A stretch of DNA of 63,870 nucleotides, the filler included, from Octopus bimaculoides (lineage: Eukaryota), in NCBI RefSeq assembly GCF_001194135.2. It is 5 parts of 5 records of this genome, joined end to end, with 100 filler letters (N's around TTAATTAATTAA, not from the genome) between each part and the next. Parts side by side here need not be neighbours in the genome. Positions count along the whole stretch, not along the records: positions 51,957 to 63,870 come from NC_068996.1; 4 more parts are not named here. The stretch is one strand, 5' to 3'. This document shows positions 62,733 to 63,870 of the stretch, piece after piece. Below the pieces are notes generated by a model, which was not told where the DNA came from, searched no databases, and saw only the letters and a list, made by a program, of their open reading frames with translations. Within the stretch, counting starts at the first letter, position 1, and each line of letters begins with the position of its first letter. Position numbers and translations under genes: made by a program.

Positions 62733-63870
62733 GAATATCTCACATTGTGAGATTTAAAAATAGTAATTTTCTAATTTTTTTCATTTGTTTTTATGTTTTT
62801 CCCCACATAGCTCCTTGAGAGTAATAAAGAATTTCTTATATCTACGGATTACACATGGAAGAAGAAATGGATTATGGGAATTCTATCTCTGCACAGCTTT
62901 TATGGATTCTTACCACGGATTTTTACCATGGATTTATTTTACTTTTTCAATATTTTAGCTCAAATTTATACAAACACAGATTCATACCAATAATTTTTTG
63001 AACAACATCTTTCTCATTTGATTTTAAATAACATTTCCCCCATTCGATTTCCTCCACTGCAATTCCTTCTTTCTCTGAAGAGTGGATATACTTCCCAACG
63101 ATGCTTATCAACTTTAGATCTGTAGAAATGAGTTGCGACGTCACAGGTGCCAAGCTGTATCAGCTTTTGCCTTTCCCTTGGATAACATCGGTGAAATGGA
63201 GAGGGGAGGCTGGTATGAATGGGTGACTACTATTCCTCCATAAATAACCTTGCCTTGACTTGTGCCTTGGAGGGTAACTTTCTAGGTGCAATCCCATGGT
63301 CAGTCATGACCGAAGTGGGTCTCAGCATATATACATATGACCAAAATGGTCTTGACTGATGAAAGAAAGCCAAGAATGACATGTCTTTTTTTTGCCTGTC
63401 CTTCTAATTATTGTTTCTCTTGTCTGACTTTGTGTCGTCTATCTGTCCAAACGTTTTAATGCCCTCTATTATGTTTTTGTTTCATACATATATATATATA
63501 TCTTAATATATAAATCTGAAATTGTGTATTTGTGTGAAGCCTTTTTGAATGTTTATAGAAATCCACATTTTCCACTTTTTCGTAAAAATTTTTACATCAA
63601 TGGAATTTACTCGATCTGAACTTTCCAGTGCAGTAATTAGATTTTTTAAATTCTGTTTACTTTGTGTGATTTAAGGGAGATTTGGCTGTTGTTTCTAGCA
63701 ACTTTTATATTTCATCCCTGCTACCTGGAACGCCATTCTTACACACGCGCTCAACATAAAAATATAGAGAGTAAAAGTAAAAGAGGGAGAGGGAGAGAGA
63801 GAGAAAGTGATACATACAACGTCATAGATTAAACTTTCATCTCAGTATTCTTTACCTATTTTTCATAACA

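Noticed and set aside
62812-62995. Possible exon after the acceptor-like ttttccccacatag
   Set aside because: No convincing donor and neither open frame resembles a known protein, so it cannot be supported.

Overview
This is AT-rich, microsatellite-dense, gap-riddled eukaryotic DNA. The SINE repertoire and simple-repeat load suggest a coleoid cephalopod, probably Octopus; this is inference from pattern recognition, not a database hit. No intact host protein-coding gene can be supported, and almost all listed ORFs are artefacts of N-gaps or microsatellites. Supported content: (1) a minus-strand tRNA-Gly cluster at 4.3-6.2 kb with one Gly-GCC, two Gly-CCC genes built on the GCC backbone, and one pseudogene split by a 129-bp insertion at the anticodon; (2) many copies of at least four tRNA-derived SINE families; (3) decayed mariner/Tc1, hAT and foldback DNA elements; (4) decayed non-LTR retrotransposons (R4/Dong-like with REL endonuclease, RTE, CR1/L2-like, an orphan CCHC ORF1). 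The most interesting signals are two unrelated small non-coding elements (57042-57657 and 62274-62732). Each has inverted-repeat architecture (the first also has direct repeats) and a minimal type I hammerhead ribozyme motif with a palindromic stem III, as in Penelope-like or retrozyme elements. The first has a 13-bp target-site duplication and is the innermost layer of a three-level transposon nest. Coordinates of degenerate repeats were read by eye and are approximate.
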